Of a stretch of DNA of 64,000 bases, positions 19,587 through 31,768 are shown one piece after another. The notes beneath the pieces are model-generated. The model made no database searches. It was given only the letters and a program-made list of their open reading frames with translations, and was not told the origin of the DNA. The first letter of the stretch is position 1, and each line of letters starts with the position of its first letter. The DNA is from an uncultured Thermoplasmatales archaeon (GTDB lineage: Archaea; Thermoplasmatota; E2; UBA202; DSCA01), in contig CAYPWJ010000001.1 of assembly GCA_964414415.1 (NCBI GenBank), forward strand, positions 138,701-202,700. Reading direction: 5' to 3'. The translations under genes were made by a program, and so were the position numbers.

Positions 19587-20597
19587 ATGCTCATCTGGAT
19601 GACAGCCATCGTCCACGACGAGCGTTTCACCCGCCACGACAATCCGTCTCATCCGGAGCGAGCGGAGCGCCTGCTCTCCGTCATGGGATACATCGAGCAG
19701 CTGCCGTTTTACAAGGAACTGGAGCACATCACGCCTGAGGCGATAGATGAAGAGGCGCTGCTTAGGGTTCACTCTGAGGCGATGGTCGCCCGTATCAAGA
19801 GCACGGTCGGCTGGCTCGACCCGGACACGTATCTCTCGGAGGACTCATACGAGGTCGCGCGGCTGGCGGCCGGTGGCGTGATTTCGGCATGTGATGCCGT
19901 GGTCGAGGGAAACGTGGATAACGCCTTTGCCCTGGTTCGTCCGCCGGGACATCATGCCACATCTACGCGTTCGATGGGCTTCTGCCTGTTCAACAATGCC
20001 GCGCTGGCAGCCGACCATCTCACGCGGCAGGAAAAACGGGTGCTCATCTTCGATCACGACGTCCATCACGGCAACGGCATCGCCGACATCTTCTATGACC
20101 GGAGCGATGTGCTCTATGAGTCGATTCACCTCTCTCCGCATTTTCCCGGCTCCGGTGCGGTCGACGAAATCGGCGTCGGCGCTGGTGAGGGATACACGGT
20201 CAATGCGCCGCTGCCCCATCGCGTCGGCGACGAAGGCGTCCGCGCCGTCATGCGGGAGGTCATGCTGCCGGTGGCGGAGCAGTTCGACCCGGACTTCGTC
20301 ATCGTCTGCGCGGGCTTCGACTCGCACCACACGGACGCGCTCGGCGGCCTGTTTCTCACCATCGATTTTTACGGTGAGCTCCTCCAGCAGCTGATGGACC
20401 TGCAGCCCCGGCTTGTCTGCACGTTGGAGGGCGGGTACAAGCTCGACGTGTTGAAGAAGGGCGTCGCGATCGAGCTTGGTGTGCTGCACGGTACGCCGCT
20501 GACCTGTGACGACGAGGCTGAGGACGGCCGTGACCCGGACCCGGTCATCGACGACATGCGGCGTGTGCTGCAGCCTTACTGGGATGTCTCGTCCTGA
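19587..20597 (+). CDS. histone deacetylase / acetoin utilisation (AcuC/AphA) family protein
   Basis: HDAC motifs [22 protein letters not shown]. Internal Met110 of ORF 19260..20597 chosen as start. Confidence 0.85.
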   Translation: MLIWMTAIVHDERFTRHDNPSHPERAERLLSVMGYIEQLPFYKELEHITPEAIDEEALLRVHSEAMVARIKSTVGWLDPDTYLSEDSYEVARLAAGGVISACDAVVEGNVDNAFALVRPPGHHATSTRSMGFCLFNNAALAADHLTRQEKRVLIFDHDVHHGNGIADIFYDRSDVLYESIHLSPHFPGSGAVDEIGVGAGEGYTVNAPLPHRVGDEGVRAVMREVMLPVAEQFDPDFVIVCAGFDSHHTDALGGLFLTIDFYGELLQQLMDLQPRLVCTLEGGYKLDVLKKGVAIELGVLHGTPLTCDDEAEDGRDPDPVIDDMRRVLQPYWDVSS

Positions 20598-20980
20598 GAG
20601 CTGCAGCGGACCGTGGTTTTGACGCCGCCGCGGACGTTGAACGTGCCGATGACCTCGAGCGAGTGTGGCTGCACCGTTTCCATCAGGTCATGGTAGATAG
20701 CGTTGGTCGCCTCCTCATGCGTCATGTACCGGTCGCGGTAGGAGTTGAGGTAGAGCTTCAGGGACTTCAGCTCCACGATCCAGCGGTCGGGCACATAGGT
20801 GATATGGATGGTAGCGAAGTCGGGATAGCCGGAGCGGGGACACAGGCAGGTGAACTCAGGGAACTCGAGTGACACGGTGTAGTCTTCATCCGGCGAGGGG
20901 TTCTCCCAGACCTCGAGCTCCGCCTCGGCGATGGCTTTTTCTCCGTACTTCTCGCTGCTCATCGGCTGTGAAAGCAGCAT
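20576..20980 (-). CDS. queF: NADPH-dependent 7-cyano-7-deazaguanine reductase QueF (unimodular type)
   Basis: Catalytic Cys in [14 protein letters not shown] and the T-fold. 134 aa. Confidence 0.85.
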   Translation of the reverse strand: MLLSQPMSSEKYGEKAIAEAELEVWENPSPDEDYTVSLEFPEFTCLCPRSGYPDFATIHITYVPDRWIVELKSLKLYLNSYRDRYMTHEEATNAIYHDLMETVQPHSLEVIGTFNVRGGVKTTVRCSSQDETSQ

Positions 20981-21036
20981 CGCTATATAACCTTCCCGCG
21001 TCCATCATTTTTTATAGCGACGTGTGTTGAAGCAAC

Positions 21037-21594
21037 GTGCATGTCAACCGTCTGATGCTGCCGTTTCTGTTCGTCGGCGTGCTCGCTACAGCGGCTATCT
21101 TCACGGCACCGTTTGCCCTGCAGCGCGGCACCGTAACGGGGTTTGAAGGCCGCGCCTGGCACATCGACCACCGGGAGGCCTGGGAGAAGCTGCCGCTGCT
21201 GCCGCGCCTTGTATATTACGGCGGCGACGTGGTCTGTCATCAACGACATCAGCGTTCATACATGCTGCACGGCAACCAGATGCCGGTCTGTGCACGTGAC
21301 GTCGGCCTGCTCGTCGGCATGACCGGCGGCTTCGCCCTCGCCTTGGCTGCAACGCCGGCTGCCACCATTCAGGGCACGTTTCGTGCGATGCTGCCGTTTG
21401 TGCAGGGAAAACTCGCGATGGCGGGTGTACTGGCCGGGCTGCTTATCCCGCTGCCGCTGGACGGCTTCCTCCAGCTGCTGACCGCCTACGAGAGCGTCAA
21501 TCCGCTGCGCACCACCACGGGGGTGCTCTTCGGCTTCGGCGTGGCGCTGCTCGCGTCGCTGTTTCTGCTGGCTGACCCAAGGCGTTACCGATAA
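21037..21594 (+). CDS. DUF2085-like membrane protein
   Basis: N-terminal TM, conserved Cys/His patch ([23 protein letters not shown]), then further TM helices. Confidence 0.5.
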   Translation: MHVNRLMLPFLFVGVLATAAIFTAPFALQRGTVTGFEGRAWHIDHREAWEKLPLLPRLVYYGGDVVCHQRHQRSYMLHGNQMPVCARDVGLLVGMTGGFALALAATPAATIQGTFRAMLPFVQGKLAMAGVLAGLLIPLPLDGFLQLLTAYESVNPLRTTTGVLFGFGVALLASLFLLADPRRYR

Positions 21595-21623
21595 CGATAT
21601 TAACGGCAAGTCTATTTGTAGAT

Positions 21624-23231
21624 ATGCCCAGCGGGAAATTTGTTATCACCACCGGCGGTGTTCTGTCCGGTCTCGGCAAAGGCATCACCATGTCGTCGAT
21701 CGGCTTGCTTTTCAAGATGCAGGGATACGACGTGACGGCGATAAAGATCGACCCGTATCTGAACTGCGACGCCGGCACGATGAACCCGTTTCAGCACGGC
21801 GAGGTGTTCGTGCTCGACGACGGCAGCGAAGTCGACCTCGACCTGGGCAACTATGAGCGCTTCCTGGACGTCAGCCTGTCCAGCGAGAACAACATCACCA
21901 CGGGCCGGGTCTATCGTCGGGTCATCGAAAAAGAGCGACGGGGCGACTATCTCGGCAAGACGGTGCAGATCGTCCCGCACGTCACCGATGAAATCAGGGA
22001 ATGGATCAAGGACGTGGCCCGGGAAAGCGACGTTGACCTCTGCCTCGTCGAGATCGGCGGCACCGTCGGCGACATCGAGTCCATGCCCTTCCTGGAGGCA
22101 GTGCGGCAGCTCCACCAGGAGCGGCCTGACGACGTCGTCTTCCTGCATACCACGCTTGTACCGGTGCTCAACGTTGTCGGTGAACAAAAAACCAAGCCGA
22201 CGCAGCATTCCGTCAAGGAGCTCCGGGCCATCGGTATCGACCCCGACATCATCATCGGCCGGTCGGAGGAGCCACTCGAAGAGAAAACCCGGGAAAAGAT
22301 ATCGCTGTTCTGCGACGTCCCCGTCGAGGGCGTCATCTCGGCGCCGGACGCTGAATGCATCTACAAGGTGCCGCTCATGCTTGACGACCAGGAACTCACC
22401 GACTTTCTGCTGCAGCGCTTCGATATGAAGCGACGCGACGGTCTTGACCGGTGGAAGCGCTTCGTGGAGCGGGTGACGCATGCCGACCACGAGGTCACCA
22501 TCGGCATCGTCGGCAAGTACACGTCGTTGAGTGACTCCTACATCAGCATAGAGGAGGCCTTCAGCCATGCGGGGGCGCCGCTCGACACCGAGGTGTGCAT
22601 CGAATGGATCGACGCTGAGGAACTCCAGGATGGCGAGGTGTCGCTCGACCACCTGCACGGCATCCTCGTCCCCGGTGGATTCGGGATGCGCGGTGCAGAC
22701 GGCAAAATCGAGTCTATCCGTTATGCACGGGAGAACGACATTCCGTATCTGGGCATCTGCTTCGGCTTCCAGCTGGCAGTCGTCGAATACGGCCGGCATG
22801 TCCTCGGCCTGGACTGCAACAGCATCGAGATCGACCCTGACACGGAGCATCCAATCATCACTATCCTGCCGGAGCAGCACGATGTCGAAAACATGGGCGG
22901 AACGATGCGGCTCGGGGCCCAGCCAATCGAGATAACGGAAGACACGCTTGCTCATCGCCTGTACGGCTCGACCGAGATAACGGAGCGTCATCGCCACCGC
23001 TACGAGGTCAACCCCGACGACATCGAGGACCTCGAGGCTGCAGGCCTACGCTTTTCAGGTGTCTCGCCCAGCCGACGGCGGATGGAGATCGCTGAGCTGC
23101 CCGACCACCGCTTTTTTATCGCCTCTCAGTTCCATCCCGAGTTCACCTCCCGCCCGCTTGCTCCTTCTCCGTTGTTTTATGGCTTCGTGCAGGCGGCCCT
23201 GGCGTACAAGCAGGCTGACGAAGATGCATAA
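21624..23231 (+). CDS. pyrG: CTP synthase
   Basis: Synthetase domain ([11 protein letters not shown]) plus glutaminase domain (GICFGFQL). 535 aa. Confidence 0.95.
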   Translation: MPSGKFVITTGGVLSGLGKGITMSSIGLLFKMQGYDVTAIKIDPYLNCDAGTMNPFQHGEVFVLDDGSEVDLDLGNYERFLDVSLSSENNITTGRVYRRVIEKERRGDYLGKTVQIVPHVTDEIREWIKDVARESDVDLCLVEIGGTVGDIESMPFLEAVRQLHQERPDDVVFLHTTLVPVLNVVGEQKTKPTQHSVKELRAIGIDPDIIIGRSEEPLEEKTREKISLFCDVPVEGVISAPDAECIYKVPLMLDDQELTDFLLQRFDMKRRDGLDRWKRFVERVTHADHEVTIGIVGKYTSLSDSYISIEEAFSHAGAPLDTEVCIEWIDAEELQDGEVSLDHLHGILVPGGFGMRGADGKIESIRYARENDIPYLGICFGFQLAVVEYGRHVLGLDCNSIEIDPDTEHPIITILPEQHDVENMGGTMRLGAQPIEITEDTLAHRLYGSTEITERHRHRYEVNPDDIEDLEAAGLRFSGVSPSRRRMEIAELPDHRFFIASQFHPEFTSRPLAPSPLFYGFVQAALAYKQADEDA

Positions 23232-24036
23232 CGACGCGGTGGAGAGCGGCCCGGGGCAGGATGATTTGTATTCCGTCTACTGCGACCTGTATGGGACTGT
23301 GCGGGACTGGCTCGCCGACGGCGCAGCTCTGCATCTCGACGACCTAATGGCGAGCATCACCGCCATGGAGCGGCTGGACGACCTGCTGGACATGGAGCTC
23401 ATCGAGCGACATGGACCGCTCGTTGCGGCGGAGCCAACCGTCCGGTCCGTCATCGACAGGGCACGAGACACGCTCCAGAAGCGCCTTACACGGCGGCACC
23501 TGAACGAGGCAACGCTCCGCCGTCTTGGGGGTGACCTCCGCGGGGCGATGACCGACATGCAGAAAGCCGTTGGCGGGCTTGAATCCCGCGCATCAGACAT
23601 CGACGACCTCAAGCATCGCATCGCCGTGCGGAAGCAGATACACGCCGTTACGGACCTCCAAAAACGCATTCGGCGGTTCGCCGACACGCTGTCCATGCTC
23701 CATGACCTCCGCTGGGAGAGCACGTTCTCAACCACCCGCGTCGAGATAACGCCGAAGCAAGACGTGGTCTACCGGCCGATACAGAGCGCCATCCTCCAGC
23801 TGGCGATACCGGAGGCAGCGTCGGTGGAATCCCGGGTGGAGAACGAGAGCATCGTTGCCGTCATCGAGGGAACGATGCAGCTGTCGGTGGCCGGTCATCC
23901 CGGCGTTCCCGACACCGAGCTTTCGAAAGTCGTCGTTGACAAGATGGAGGGCTTGACCATCCTGGGGCGTGAGGGAGAGATACACATCACGAAAAATGGA
24001 ACGACGCCGGACGTGCAGGTACGGAACGTGGGGTAG
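23224..24036 (+). CDS. hypothetical protein (270 aa, helical)
   Basis: ORF 23059..24036 overlaps the pyrG 3' end. ATG at 23224 chosen, overlapping the pyrG stop. Confidence 0.4.
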   Translation: MHNDAVESGPGQDDLYSVYCDLYGTVRDWLADGAALHLDDLMASITAMERLDDLLDMELIERHGPLVAAEPTVRSVIDRARDTLQKRLTRRHLNEATLRRLGGDLRGAMTDMQKAVGGLESRASDIDDLKHRIAVRKQIHAVTDLQKRIRRFADTLSMLHDLRWESTFSTTRVEITPKQDVVYRPIQSAILQLAIPEAASVESRVENESIVAVIEGTMQLSVAGHPGVPDTELSKVVVDKMEGLTILGREGEIHITKNGTTPDVQVRNVG

Positions 24037-24143
24037 CCGCGTCTCACGAGGCGAATATGACGGTGAACGTGGAGAGCACCATGAAGAGCATCACCAGCAC
24101 GGCGACGACCTTCCACAGGAGTTTCTTGTATTTCTCCTTCACG

Positions 24144-26858
24144 CTATCCCTCGATGGAAATAACGATGTCGTCCATGCTTATTAAATCTGCTGTTTTGCC
24201 CTGTATCTGATGCTCCATCTCAAACGAGACGTAATCCCCCGGAACGGTCATCATTTCACCTGCCTCTGGCACATCCGGCAGCGTGATGCCACCTTGTTCG
24301 TTCCACTCCCGGTAGAGCTCATCAAGGTCACGTTCCTGCAGCTTTTCCACGATACGGTCGGTTGCATCGCCAAACGCCGGCCCAATCTCTGCATAGTCAG
24401 GGGTGACCGCGACGGGGACCTCCTCGATCTCCGGCATCCCTGCCACGATGGAGAGCTCGGCAACGTTCAACGTCTGCCGGATAATGTCGGCGCTCCCCTG
24501 CATCTTTTCAGCTGCATCTCGGCTGCCGCCGTAGAGGGTTACAGTCCGGTCGAGCGGCGCGTTCAGCGCGATGCCTCGGCTGCTCTTCCAGTCACGCAGC
24601 CGCGAGATGACGTCCTTGACCAGCTCGCCGCGCCGCTCAGCAGCCTCGTCCCGCAGGACGGGCTCCGGCCAGCTGGACACGTGGATGCTCTCAGCGTTTT
24701 CGATGCACTTGAAATGCCGATGATATATCTCCTCGGTGATGTGTGGCAGGAACGGCGCCAGCAGCTTCGTGACCCCCAGCGCGACTTCGGAGAGGACATG
24801 CAGTGCATCGCCATCGTTTTCGTCGTAGATGCGGTGCTTCACCATCTCGATGTAGTGGTCGGCGAACTCATGCCAGAGGAACTGCTCCGCCGTCCGGATT
24901 GCATCGGCATGGTCGAACTCCTCCATGTAGGCGGTGCATTCCTCGACGATGCGGCTGTACCGGGAGAGCATCCACCGGTCGACGTCGCTGAGCGACGACG
25001 GGTCACGTTCAACCAGCTCATCTCCCTCCATGGCTTCAAGCGCGCTGCCGACGAACCGGGTGACGCTCCACAGCTTCTTCATCAGCCGCTTGCCCCGCAC
25101 GAGGTCCTTCGGCCGGAAGGGATGATCCTCGCCGAGGGTGCATTTCGCCGCATAGTAACGCAGCGGGTCGGCGCCGTCCTCCTCCAGAATCTCAAGGGGG
25201 TCGATGACGTTGCCGAGGCTGGTGTGCATCGGTCGTCCGTCCGGCGACAGGATGAATCCACCCATCATTATCTCGTCGAACGGCCGCTCGTCGGTTATCA
25301 GCAGACAGCGCAGCAGCGTGTAGAACGCCCAGGTGCGGATGATGTCGTGTGCCTGCGGCCGCAGCGACATCGGATACATCGTGCCGTGCAGCTCGTCGTC
25401 CCGCATCCAGAACGTGTTGTACAGCGGACTGATGGACGAATCCATCCAGGTGTCGAAGACATCCTCGCAGCCATGCAGCGCTCCGCCACACTTGGGACAT
25501 GTATCGACGGGCGGATCGTCGATGGTCGGGTCGACGTAGCACTGCTCCCTCGTCGCGACGACGACTTCGCCGCAGTCCTCGCACTCCCAGAGTGGGATAG
25601 GCGTCGCAAAATAACGCTGCCGGGAGATGACCCAGTCCCACTGCAGCGACTCAACCCAGTCCTCCAGGCGTCGCTTCATGTGCTCCGGGTACCAGTCCAT
25701 CTCGTCGGCAGCCTGCAGCACCTCCTCCTTGAAGGGCAACAGCTTGAGGAACCACTGCTCGGCCTGGGTGAACTCCACCGGGGTCTTGCAGCGCCAGCAG
25801 ACGCCCACCCGCTGCTGGGTTGTCTCCTGCTCGAGGAGCATGTCGCTGTCGCGCAGTTCGTCGATGACCACCTGCCTGGCTTCCTCGACCGGCATGCCTT
25901 CATATGGACCGGCGAGTTCGTTCATCCGTCCTTCTTCGTCGATGCAGATGTCCATCGGCAGGTCATATTTGAACGCCATCTCGAGGTCGTCCTTGTCACC
26001 GATGGTACATATCATGAGGAGGCCACTGCCGAAGGTCGGGTCGACGCTTTCTTCCTCGACGATCGGCACCGATTTGTCGTACAGCGGCACCTCGACATGC
26101 TGGTCGACGAGCCAGGGCGCCCGCTCGTCGTCGGGATGCACGGCAACGAGATGACAGGTAGAAAACATCTCCGGGCGCGTCGTCGCGATCTCGAGGTACT
26201 GGCCGCACTCGTCGCGACCGATCCCCCGGTATTTCTCTATCTGCTCGGGCTGCTCCTCCGCAAAATAGAACTTGACGGTGTTGAGCGTGGTCTCCCGCTC
26301 CGCGCGTTCTATCTCTGCGTCGGCCATCGCCGTCATACAGCGGGGGCACCAGTTGACGGGGAATTCACCCTGGTAGATGTGTCCCTTCTCGTACAGCTCG
26401 AGAAACGATAGCTGGGTGATACGGCGATAGTATTCCGCGTCGGTCTGATAATACACGCTGGGATCCATCGACTCGCCGAGCTTGATGAACTGTCGCTTCA
26501 TGTCCTCGATGTTTTCCTCGGCGAACTCGCGGCACAGCTCGATGAATTCATGCCGGTCGATGTCCTTCCGGGTGATACCCAGCCGTTTTTCGACCCGTTC
26601 CTCTATCGGGATGCCGTTGACGTCGAAACACAGCGGGAAGAAGACGTTGTAGCCCCGCATGCGCTTGTACCTCGCCACGAAATCGATGTGGGTGTAATGG
26701 ACCGCGTGCCCGATGTGCAGGGCGCCTGATGCATACCGCGGCGGGTTGTCGATGGAGTAGACGGTGTCGTCGTCGGGGTCAAACCGGTAGAGCTCCATGT
26801 CCTGCCATCGCTGCTGCCATTTCTCCTCCCAGGCCATCGGGTCGTAGTCGCTGCTCAT
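24144..26858 (-). CDS. valS: valine--tRNA ligase (class I), with variant KMSKS region
   Basis: HIGH motif (LHIGHAVHYT). ValRS-type editing and anticodon-binding regions (WCPRCMTAMADAE, CPKCGG, DTWMDSS). The KMSKS position reads RPMHTSLGNVIDP. Start at Met8 of ORF 24144..26879. Confidence 0.8.
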   Translation of the reverse strand: MSSDYDPMAWEEKWQQRWQDMELYRFDPDDDTVYSIDNPPRYASGALHIGHAVHYTHIDFVARYKRMRGYNVFFPLCFDVNGIPIEERVEKRLGITRKDIDRHEFIELCREFAEENIEDMKRQFIKLGESMDPSVYYQTDAEYYRRITQLSFLELYEKGHIYQGEFPVNWCPRCMTAMADAEIERAERETTLNTVKFYFAEEQPEQIEKYRGIGRDECGQYLEIATTRPEMFSTCHLVAVHPDDERAPWLVDQHVEVPLYDKSVPIVEEESVDPTFGSGLLMICTIGDKDDLEMAFKYDLPMDICIDEEGRMNELAGPYEGMPVEEARQVVIDELRDSDMLLEQETTQQRVGVCWRCKTPVEFTQAEQWFLKLLPFKEEVLQAADEMDWYPEHMKRRLEDWVESLQWDWVISRQRYFATPIPLWECEDCGEVVVATREQCYVDPTIDDPPVDTCPKCGGALHGCEDVFDTWMDSSISPLYNTFWMRDDELHGTMYPMSLRPQAHDIIRTWAFYTLLRCLLITDERPFDEIMMGGFILSPDGRPMHTSLGNVIDPLEILEEDGADPLRYYAAKCTLGEDHPFRPKDLVRGKRLMKKLWSVTRFVGSALEAMEGDELVERDPSSLSDVDRWMLSRYSRIVEECTAYMEEFDHADAIRTAEQFLWHEFADHYIEMVKHRIYDENDGDALHVLSEVALGVTKLLAPFLPHITEEIYHRHFKCIENAESIHVSSWPEPVLRDEAAERRGELVKDVISRLRDWKSSRGIALNAPLDRTVTLYGGSRDAAEKMQGSADIIRQTLNVAELSIVAGMPEIEEVPVAVTPDYAEIGPAFGDATDRIVEKLQERDLDELYREWNEQGGITLPDVPEAGEMMTVPGDYVSFEMEHQIQGKTADLISMDDIVISIEG

Positions 26859-26924
26859 CCTACCACCGGAAAGAAACAATCCTTATAAGTTTGTTGCCCG
26901 CTGGCGCCAGAGATATTGCTCCAA

Positions 26925-27413
26925 TCACGACGTCAGCGCTTCGTTGCGCTGCCAGAGCTCGTCGCCGATGTAGTGCAGGTTTTCGACGGCTTTGCCGCTG
27001 TCCCGTTCGACCATCTCCGCTCCGTTCACCAGTGCGCGGCCGACGGCGATCCCGGTGCCCTCGGGGTTGCGCACCCAGACGAGGTCGCCCTTCTCGATGT
27101 CCTGGTCGACGTCGGTGATGCCCGGTGCCATAACGTCGGCGCCGTTGAGCACGAATTTTATGGCGCCGCGGTCGACCGCGACGTACCGTCTGGTGGGCTC
27201 GTGGCGGTGGATGCCGGGCAGCGTTAGCATGGGCTCGCCGTCGAGGTAAAAGACGTCGAGGCTGCCGTCGATGATGAACATCGGTTCACCGTCGATCTCT
27301 CCCTCCTCCACGATGCTGTCGACCGTGACGTCGCAGCCCAGCATTGCCTTTATGTGCCTGAGCACTTCTGCTGCTTTTCGCTGCCTGACGGGGTGACGGT
27401 TCCTGATGTCCAT
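26925..27413 (-). CDS. archaeal PUA-domain RNA-binding protein (pre-PUA + PUA)
   Basis: C-terminal PUA-like fold (GDLVWVRNPEGTGIAVGRALV). 162 aa. Confidence 0.65.
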   Translation of the reverse strand: MDIRNRHPVRQRKAAEVLRHIKAMLGCDVTVDSIVEEGEIDGEPMFIIDGSLDVFYLDGEPMLTLPGIHRHEPTRRYVAVDRGAIKFVLNGADVMAPGITDVDQDIEKGDLVWVRNPEGTGIAVGRALVNGAEMVERDSGKAVENLHYIGDELWQRNEALTS

Positions 27414-27487
27414 GGGTGGACATGCCGCGGGCGCTTAAAACCGTTGTTGTTCCGCTGCAGCGAAAAACCTGGCGTGTGCAGCTTCCT

Positions 27488-27858
27488 TTACTCCTGGCGT
27501 TTCCGGTAGTCCTCGATTGCCCTGTGCAGCCCGTCGGCAGCCAGGTTGGAGCAGTGCATCTTGACCTTGGGGAGTCCCTCCAGCGCGTCGGCGACGTCTT
27601 CGTTGCTCACCTGCATCGCCTCGTCGAGTGTCATGCCCTTCGCCAGCTCTGTTATCATGCTGCTGGTGGCGATGGCGGCGGCGCAGCCAAATGTCTTGAA
27701 CTTGATGTCCTTCAGTCGGTTGTCTTCCACCTTTATGTGGATGGTCATGACGTCGCCACAGATCGGGTTGCCGACCTTGCCGACGCCGTCGGGATCCTCG
27801 AGTTCCCCCATATTGCGTGGATTGCGGAAGTGTTCCATGACTTTGTCGCTGTACATGC

Positions 27859-27862
<4 letters not shown>
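27488..27862 (-). CDS. iscU: Fe-S cluster assembly scaffold IscU/NifU-like
   Basis: Conserved Cys ligands GNPICGD, FKTFGCAAA, HCSNLA. Confidence 0.9.
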
Positions 27863-29013
<1,151 letters not shown>

Positions 29014-29017
29014 CATC

Positions 29018-29152
29018 TCAATCGCCTCGTCCCACATCCATCATCCGCTGCAGAGGTTGGCGTGCCTCCTTCACGAGCCGCTTGGACAGGGAAACCGTTG
29101 GGATTAACGTCTCCATACTTTTTAAAACTTTTTCCAGCGTTATCTTTTTCAT
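29018..29152 (-). pseudogene. nadA: quinolinate synthase NadA, C-terminal fragment (separated from its body by an IS insertion)
   Basis: Translation MKKITLEKVLKSMETLIP... matches the conserved NadA C-terminus that follows the CPNM motif. Confidence 0.7.
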
Positions 29153-29154
29153 GT

Positions 29155-29172
29155 GGTGGTTACAGATTTGCC
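29155..29172. repeat. IS terminal inverted repeat (left)
   Basis: GGTGGTTACAGATTTGCC. Its reverse-complement partner is at 30673..30690. Confidence 0.7.
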
Positions 29173-29380
29173 GGTTTGTGGTCTGTATTTTCCATTGTGC
29201 AGCAGGCAAGATACAAAAGGGAGGGCGGCAAGGCTGCTGCTTTTTGGGCTGCTGGCGTCAGACAGTGCCGTCACATGTCAGCTGTGGGTAAAAATTGGGT
29301 GCCTACGCCGGGTATGGTGCTACCCCGGGCTGGATGATTGGGCGTGGATGCTTTTCCATTTTTGCTGTGACACGCTCTAT

Positions 29381-30583
29381 TTAGGTCAGATAGGCGACGC
29401 TGGTCAGGTTTTCCGTTACGCCGTTCTGCAGCCGGGTCAACGCCACCATGTTCACCGATAGCAGGCAGAGCGTCGTGTGAAAGAATGCATGCTCTGCTCC
29501 TTTCCGGGGGAGCATGCATTCAAAGCCCACGCGTTGCTTCAGATAGGAGTTGAAGCCCTCGCTCTGGTTTCGCCCCTGAGCAATCTCGCGCCGTAATTGT
29601 TCGCTCGCCTGGTAGCGGTGGACCTGATGGTTGCGAAAATAGGCGCCGACGCGTTCATATTCTTGCTTCGTGTACAGGAACTGTAGCATGTATTCGGTGT
29701 CCACGTTTGGGCGATGCCTTTTGTCTCGCCAGTATCGGCTGTATCGTTCACGTATGGCCATGGGGCTGCCCTGCTCGTTGTAGGTCCAGTGTTGCTGCGG
29801 CTTGTACAGCAGCGTCGTATCATATCCGCAGTGGGTGATGGCGATGTTCCGGTAGCTGGGATATCCGCCGTCCACGATGAGGCTGTCCAGCCGGATGTCA
29901 TTGTCCTGCAGTGCCTCGAGATGAGAGGGGAGTGCCTGTCCTTCATCGTCGTTTATCCCGAGGTCCTTGTAGGAGAGGAAGATGCCTTGGTCGGATACCA
30001 TGAGATCTTTTTTCCATCCCCAGGTCTTGTAATAGCCGCTGTACGATGCGGTGGCATCGCCACGCCTAGCGGTGATCACGGTGGCATCTTCCCGGGCCTT
30101 CACAAGTGATCTCCCATGCTTCGCCATATATCGGTCTATCTCTCGTACCACGCGGTAGAATATGTCGTCGACCATGTCCGCTAGCAGGTCGTTGATGAAG
30201 TGTCGTATGGTCTCGTAGGATGGCAGATGGTCGGGGTCGAATCCCAGGTTCTCCGCCACAGTCGGCTTGGTCTGCAGGATCCGGTAGACCTCGGTTATGT
30301 ACCGGATGCCCTGGAGCTTCATGAACAGCACCAGCCGGACACGGGCGTAGACCTCTGGTTTGATGCGTTCCAGCCGGGGGAACAGCTCCCCAAGTACCAG
30401 ATCCAGGAACCCTAGGTGGAGATGTGACAGGAACTCCGAGGTCTCCACCGGATGTTGCTCCGTGGGGGTTTCGAACAATGGGAACTGGGGTTCATCGGTG
30501 TCGAGCTCCTCGTTCAGCTTTTTTCGACAGGTTTTTAAGAGCGTGTCAATTTGTATTTCATCCCATCCCATTTTTATTCCCAC
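29381..30583 (-). CDS. DDE transposase (IS4/ISH3-family)
   Basis: 400 aa with DDE_Tnp_1-like C-terminal region (...HTTLCLLSVNMVALTRL). Lies wholly inside the IR-bounded element. Confidence 0.8.
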   Translation of the reverse strand: MGIKMGWDEIQIDTLLKTCRKKLNEELDTDEPQFPLFETPTEQHPVETSEFLSHLHLGFLDLVLGELFPRLERIKPEVYARVRLVLFMKLQGIRYITEVYRILQTKPTVAENLGFDPDHLPSYETIRHFINDLLADMVDDIFYRVVREIDRYMAKHGRSLVKAREDATVITARRGDATASYSGYYKTWGWKKDLMVSDQGIFLSYKDLGINDDEGQALPSHLEALQDNDIRLDSLIVDGGYPSYRNIAITHCGYDTTLLYKPQQHWTYNEQGSPMAIRERYSRYWRDKRHRPNVDTEYMLQFLYTKQEYERVGAYFRNHQVHRYQASEQLRREIAQGRNQSEGFNSYLKQRVGFECMLPRKGAEHAFFHTTLCLLSVNMVALTRLQNGVTENLTSVAYLT

Positions 30584-30672
30584 TCTCCCAAGCGGATGGG
30601 ATTCTCTTCTTTTTTATGGAATTTTTTGAGCGACGGCCTCGCTCTAAAACACACAGCTTTTTATATGGAGAA

Positions 30673-30690
30673 GGCTAATCTGCATCTACC
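30673..30690. repeat. IS terminal inverted repeat (right)
   Basis: The reverse complement reads GGTAGATGCAGATTAGCC. Confidence 0.7.
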
Positions 30691-31461
30691 CATGTTTGGA
30701 CATCTCGCCGTGTTCACCGGATAGAAACGCTTGCCGGGGTACTCCTCGGAGAGACGGTAGCAGAGTTCCTTTTCGGTGCCGACGATGAACTCGTCGGTTT
30801 CAGTTGCTCCGGCATGGTTTATCATACCGCCCGTTGAAAGCACCTTGTCGGCGAGGTCTATCACCTCGGGCCGGCACTCCGGATGCACCATGATCTCCGC
30901 TTTGGGATGCTGTTGCTGGAGGGACTTGATGTCGGGCGCCATGATTTTGTCGTGGGTTGGACATACGCCGGGCCACAGGATGAGGTTCGTGTCGGGGAGG
31001 AATCGCTGAGCGTAGCTGCCGAGGTGTTCGTCCGGCACGAAGATGACGTCACGCTGCGGCAGGCTCTTGATGACCTTTACGGCGTTGGAGGAGGTGCAGC
31101 AGATGTCGCTGGCGGCTTTGACCTCGGCGGTGGTGTTCACGTAGGAGATAATCGCTGCTTCGGGATGCTCTTTTTTCAACGCTTGCAGCCCGTCCACGTC
31201 TACCATCGCCGCCATCGGACATCTCGCCTCTTCATTCGGATGTACCACCGTTTTGTCGGGGTTGAGTATCTTGGCTGTTTCTCCCATGAAGTCGACGCCG
31301 CAGAAGATGATGGTTTCGGCGTCCACCTCGGTTGCTTGCATCGCCAGGCCGAGGGAGTCGCCGACATAATCAGCCGCATCCTGCACTTCGGGGCGCTGGT
31401 AGTTGTGGGCGAGGGTGACTGCGTTGCCTTCTCTTTTGAGACGCTGGACGTTTACGCCCAT
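30691..31461 (-). pseudogene. nadA: quinolinate synthase NadA, N-terminal body (aa 1-256), truncated by IS insertion
   Basis: NadA motifs (VTLAHNYQ, Cys ligands). The reading frame runs ...CPNM into the IS terminal repeat and reaches a stop after 9 foreign codons. Confidence 0.8.
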
Positions 31462-31531
31462 ATTTTAACAATTGTTATTGATATATAAATGGGTTACGGT
31501 CTGACGCAGAGAAAGGAGGAAAAAGAGCCGG

Positions 31532-31684
31532 CTATAGCTCGCCGGCCTTGATTTTTTGTTTCAGGCTGTCGAACTGCTCGTGCGTCAACGTGCAGGTATT
31601 GTCGTCCTCGCCGACGGTCACACCACAGTCCGTTACCTCCACGCTGGGGCAGCAGCCCTTTTCTCCACAGAGATATACCTTCAT
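31532..31684 (-). CDS. 50-aa Cys-rich small protein (MKVYLCGEKGCCPSVEVTDCGVTVGEDDNTCTLTHEQFDSLKQKIKAGEL)
   Basis: Read manually from the sequence. Motif C-x4-CC-x8-C-x11-C. Below the ORF-track size cut-off. Confidence 0.35.
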   Translation of the reverse strand: MKVYLCGEKGCCPSVEVTDCGVTVGEDDNTCTLTHEQFDSLKQKIKAGEL

Positions 31685-31768
31685 TGCTATCACCAACAAT
31701 TGTTAAGAACCGTGGGTATAAAAGCATTGTGCCGCACGTTTTTTATCTCACATTCCGTTGCAACGACA

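Larger units (their letters stand above)
29155..30690 (-). mobile_element. insertion sequence (IS4-superfamily, ISH3-like), 1536 bp, single transposase gene
   Basis: Bounded by 18-bp imperfect inverted repeats (GGTGGTTACAGATTTGCC / GGTAGATGCAGATTAGCC, 14/18 identical) and a 5-bp direct duplication CATGT at 29150..29154 and 30691..30695. It interrupts nadA. Confidence 0.8.

Noticed and set aside
21612-22997. 461-aa minus-strand ORF
   Set aside because: Antisense to pyrG, whose identity is unambiguous.
24210-26411. 733-aa plus-strand ORF
   Set aside because: Antisense to valS. No recognisable motifs.
30601-30660. Alternative IS boundary further upstream (around GCTCTAAAACACACAGC)
   Set aside because: Weak similarity to sequence near 29371 was noticed first. 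The 18-bp TIR pair at 29155..29172 / 30673..30690 with flanking CATGT duplication fits much better and exactly restores nadA.
31494-31727. 77-aa minus-strand ORF from the track
   Set aside because: Frame-shifted overlap of the better-supported 50-aa Cys-rich ORF (31532..31684). No features.
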